Assembly (NCBI RefSeq): GCF_902652985.1
Contig: NC_047025.1
Span: 15,066,001-15,130,000, forward strand
DNA length: 64,000 bases
From: Pecten maximus
Lineage: Eukaryota
Reading direction: 5' to 3'
Within the stretch, counting starts at the first letter, position 1. Each line of letters starts with the position of its first letter. Under the pieces are notes generated by a model. It saw only the letters and a list, made by a program, of their open reading frames with translations. It searched no databases and was not told the DNA's origin. Below are positions 61,081-64,000 of the stretch, in pieces. A program made the position numbers and the translations under genes.

Positions 61081-63398
61081 ATGCTTGGAGGCCAAAATAA
61101 GCTTGTGAGTACTACATATTATAGTTAAGTTCGTTAATCAAGATGATCTGCAAAAATAGGCATTCTCGAAACACGCAACCACATGGATATATATTATAGC
61201 AAAAATAAGCGAGAGGTGGGAAAATAATCGATTTCTTTTCATTTCATTGATTCACATATTCCGTTCATCGACGCTTTACGTAAGGAGGACATTTAAACCA
61301 TGTTAGTGATTGTAAATTAAACCTAACGAAGGATTTCAACCTATAGATATTGTTATAACGTAATATGATACGCAAATACTAAGATAAGTGTGTTGGAATT
61401 TGGAGAGTTAAAATTGTCATAGCTAAAGTCTAACACAGGTGAAAATTAGCTCTATCAAAAACTTTGGGTCGCATGACACGATGGAAAGGAAACTGGTTAA
61501 ACGGGAACACGATAAATTACTACATATATAGATAAATGTTTTATGTGTATTGCACTTTGTGGTATATAAACGAGATACCTATCTATTGATAGTTTATATC
61601 CCGACAATGGGTCTAAATAACCGATTTAATGTGAAATATCATAGTTGATGATGAAACGATTTAGGCGACAAAATGTCTCCATCTAAAGTCATATTCTTTA
61701 AGCCGCTTTAACCTTATGTATTTATCGGCATACAAAGACACAGATGTGCCCTACCTAATCCGATTCAGCTGCAAATAAAACATAGTGTTTCCGTCTCAGG
61801 TAATACAAATATAGTACGATCGAGTGTTTAGTCGTTTATACTCACAACAAATACGTTAATGATATATTGCGCATGCGCTGACCTCGCAAACATATTCCAG
61901 TTGAAACCGTTGTCATCATTGACGGGTCTAGCTTTAGTCCGAATGTCTCCTGTGGTTAAATTGTTTCAACGCAAAGCAACATGTAGTTATCCCAGAGTAA
62001 AAAAACCTTAGCATTGTGATCACGGAGTTTTATTTAAGACATCTTTTGAACAGCGTTTAACTTTACAGAGAAGACAAATTATATTTAAAGCAGTAGGTTA
62101 CACTTTTTCAATTTTGGATAGAACATGTATGGAGTTTGTCATAATTACAGTTTCTAAGGTAACGGGTAGCACGTAGTGAGAAGACCGGACATTGGGGTCC
62201 CGGTAGGTCGCATGTCCAGGTCTGATATGTGTCTCTTTATACCCCAACGTCACTTTATCCCCAACTTGACCTACATTTGACCGCGTCATTGACCCCTCAC
62301 GTGACACCTGTGTGACCTTGGAATATCCCAGACCCCATGACGTCATTGACCCCTCACGTAACACCTGCATGACCTAATTAACCTTATGAAACTTTAAACC
62401 CCAACTACATTTGAGCGCGTCATTTCCCTTCTCACCTGAACACCTGTAACACCACTCGGACATGATTGAAATGTTCGCGTACAAGATAAACGGTTAAAAT
62501 ATGCTAATTAAGTTGTCAGTTTGAAAGGTGAAGAAAGAGAATTTTATTGATTGAATCATACGATCCCTTTTATCAACTCAAGGAAGATATTTGTAAACAT
62601 TCCTAATAAATTATTTTACATCATGAGTTGATAATAATCAAATTTATAGAATCTATTACTTTTACGTTCATCTATCTAAAACTCCTAATAAATTATTTTA
62701 CATCATAAATTGATAATAATCCCATTGATAGAATATATTACTTTTACGTTCATCTATCTAAAACGTTACTTTTAATATGCGTGTCAGGGACTTGATTTAT
62801 ATAATTGGTTGCCGCGGCTAGGTCACACAAAAGAGTCTTGCGGCACACCACCATAGCTAAAAAGGTATCACTTACCACATTAAAACATTAGTCGGCAAAC
62901 TATATTTATTTTACAACCTATTAACAACATCTATTCAAGTATTATAATACGCATATTTCAACTTAAAATTCTTCTAACAAATTGATAACTAAACTGTTTA
63001 TATCTACAAATTCAATGTGTTCAATGATTTTTCGACACAACAGTATTAACTTGACGATTCGGTATTGTAGTAAGTGAAGAAAAATAACAATACTTTAATT
63101 AATGAACCCAATGTTTAGAGAGTTTGTTAAAGAAAATCAAATTACCTATGTATATTGCTAGGTGTAACATGTGCTTAAGTCATCGGTGATGAAGTAATTG
63201 AATATGCGTTGTCCTAACAATAGGTCTCATGTACGCCCCTCTCTATCGCAAAGTTAATGAGGCGTAACGCTATCACTATCTGTCGGCATAGTAAATTCTA
63301 TGCATACATAAAACTGCTCAGTTACCTCAAGCTAATTTACATCTCAGTCAAAACATGAAAGGGGTCCAAATTGGGATAATAATTACCCCACGACACCC

Positions 63399-63557
63399 GA
63401 CAAAATAGACTTTGTTACCGTCGTCAATCCATCCAAAATATACCATGGAAAACGTAAAAGAAAATTATTCAATAGAGAAGAGAGAAAGAAGTATAAGAAA
63501 GTCTATACAAAGCCGGTCCTATTACCAGATATGGATACTGTACCCTACGGATTTTAG
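63399..63557 (+). pseudogene. C-terminal remnant of Polinton-type protein-primed DNA polymerase B
   Basis: DKIDFVTVVNPSKIYHGKRKRKLFNREERKKYKKVYTKPVLLPDMDTVPYGF*, matching the NP.KI...K.Y..VY.KR....D..T.PYG[YF]* end of Polinton pPolB. Confidence 0.75.
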
Positions 63558-63679
63558 TTTCATTAATAATAATGTGTGAGCTTGAAATTGGTTTTCGCTG
63601 TTTTTTAATATAGTGTGCAAAGATAGTGTTCAACAAACGACAAAGAATGCAAGGATTAAATCGACAAAATTTATTTAAA

Positions 63680-64000
63680 TCAATAAGGAATCCATTTAAA
63701 TTTCTCTTTTAAACCGGGTGGTCCGTTTTTCAGTTTCCCTGACACGACCATATTTCCGGATCCAATCTGTGATTTTTTTACAATAAATCTAATGGGTGTA
63801 TGTATGTCTTTCAGCACTTGGTAAAACTGTTTCTGTCCAATGAGTTCCTTTGACGAATGACTGGACACTGCATCTTTGATCAGGTCGACAATGTTAGATC
63901 CAGTAATGACATCTCCACGTACAATCAGCTCACCATTCATGTTCCAGTTTAACTCTTTTCCTCGGTGTTGCTTTAGGAAATTCAAAAGCCCCCAGGTTTT
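63680..64000 (-). CDS. C-terminal part of a conserved Maverick/Polinton uncharacterised protein
   Basis: WNMNGELIVRGDVITGSNIVDLIKD...G...F...L....P..W..Y*, the WN..GE....G..I.GSNI.DL motif recognised from Polinton ORFs; frame appears open to the window edge. Confidence 0.7.
   Translation of the reverse strand, partial: KTWGLLNFLKQHRGKELNWNMNGELIVRGDVITGSNIVDLIKDAVSSHSSKELIGQKQFYQVLKDIHTPIRFIVKKSQIGSGNMVVSGKLKNGPPGLKEKFKWIPY

Larger units (their letters stand above)
62172..64000. mobile_element. Maverick/Polinton relic extending beyond the window; left boundary approximate
   Basis: pPolB C-terminal remnant on + and a Polinton-type ORF on -; GC-richer repeated motif cgtcattgacccctcacgt at ~62284 and ~62341 may belong to a terminal repeat. 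Confidence 0.6.

Overview
AT-rich eukaryotic genomic DNA with spliceosomal introns. The SINE, Helentron-type and LINE repeats suggest a bivalve mollusc, possibly a scallop (inference). A 500-N gap at 45794-46293 splits the window. Left of the gap: (i) a tandem array of single-exon Mab-21/cGAS-like receptor (cGLR) genes with a TPR-like C-terminus, comprising three near-full copies (53-2076 frameshifted near its end, 17675-19684, 31422-33443) and two relics lacking the nucleotidyltransferase core, with copies 2 and 3 in a segmental duplication; (ii) between copies 1 and 2 on the minus strand, a 7-exon EgtD-like (histidine N-alpha-methyltransferase family) gene not apparent from the ORF track, with a 23-nt GT-AG intron and one in-frame stop; (iii) the last four exons of a minus-strand vWC-like cysteine-rich repeat gene, one intron of which holds a Helentron-type element with a 157-bp satellite; (iv) nested LTR elements, a palindromic MITE, SINEs and LINE relics. 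Right of the gap is mostly repeats: CR1-type LINE fragments, a YqaJ-containing transposon fragment, minisatellites, and a Maverick/Polinton relic at the window end. All homology calls are from motif recognition by eye; no database searches were run.
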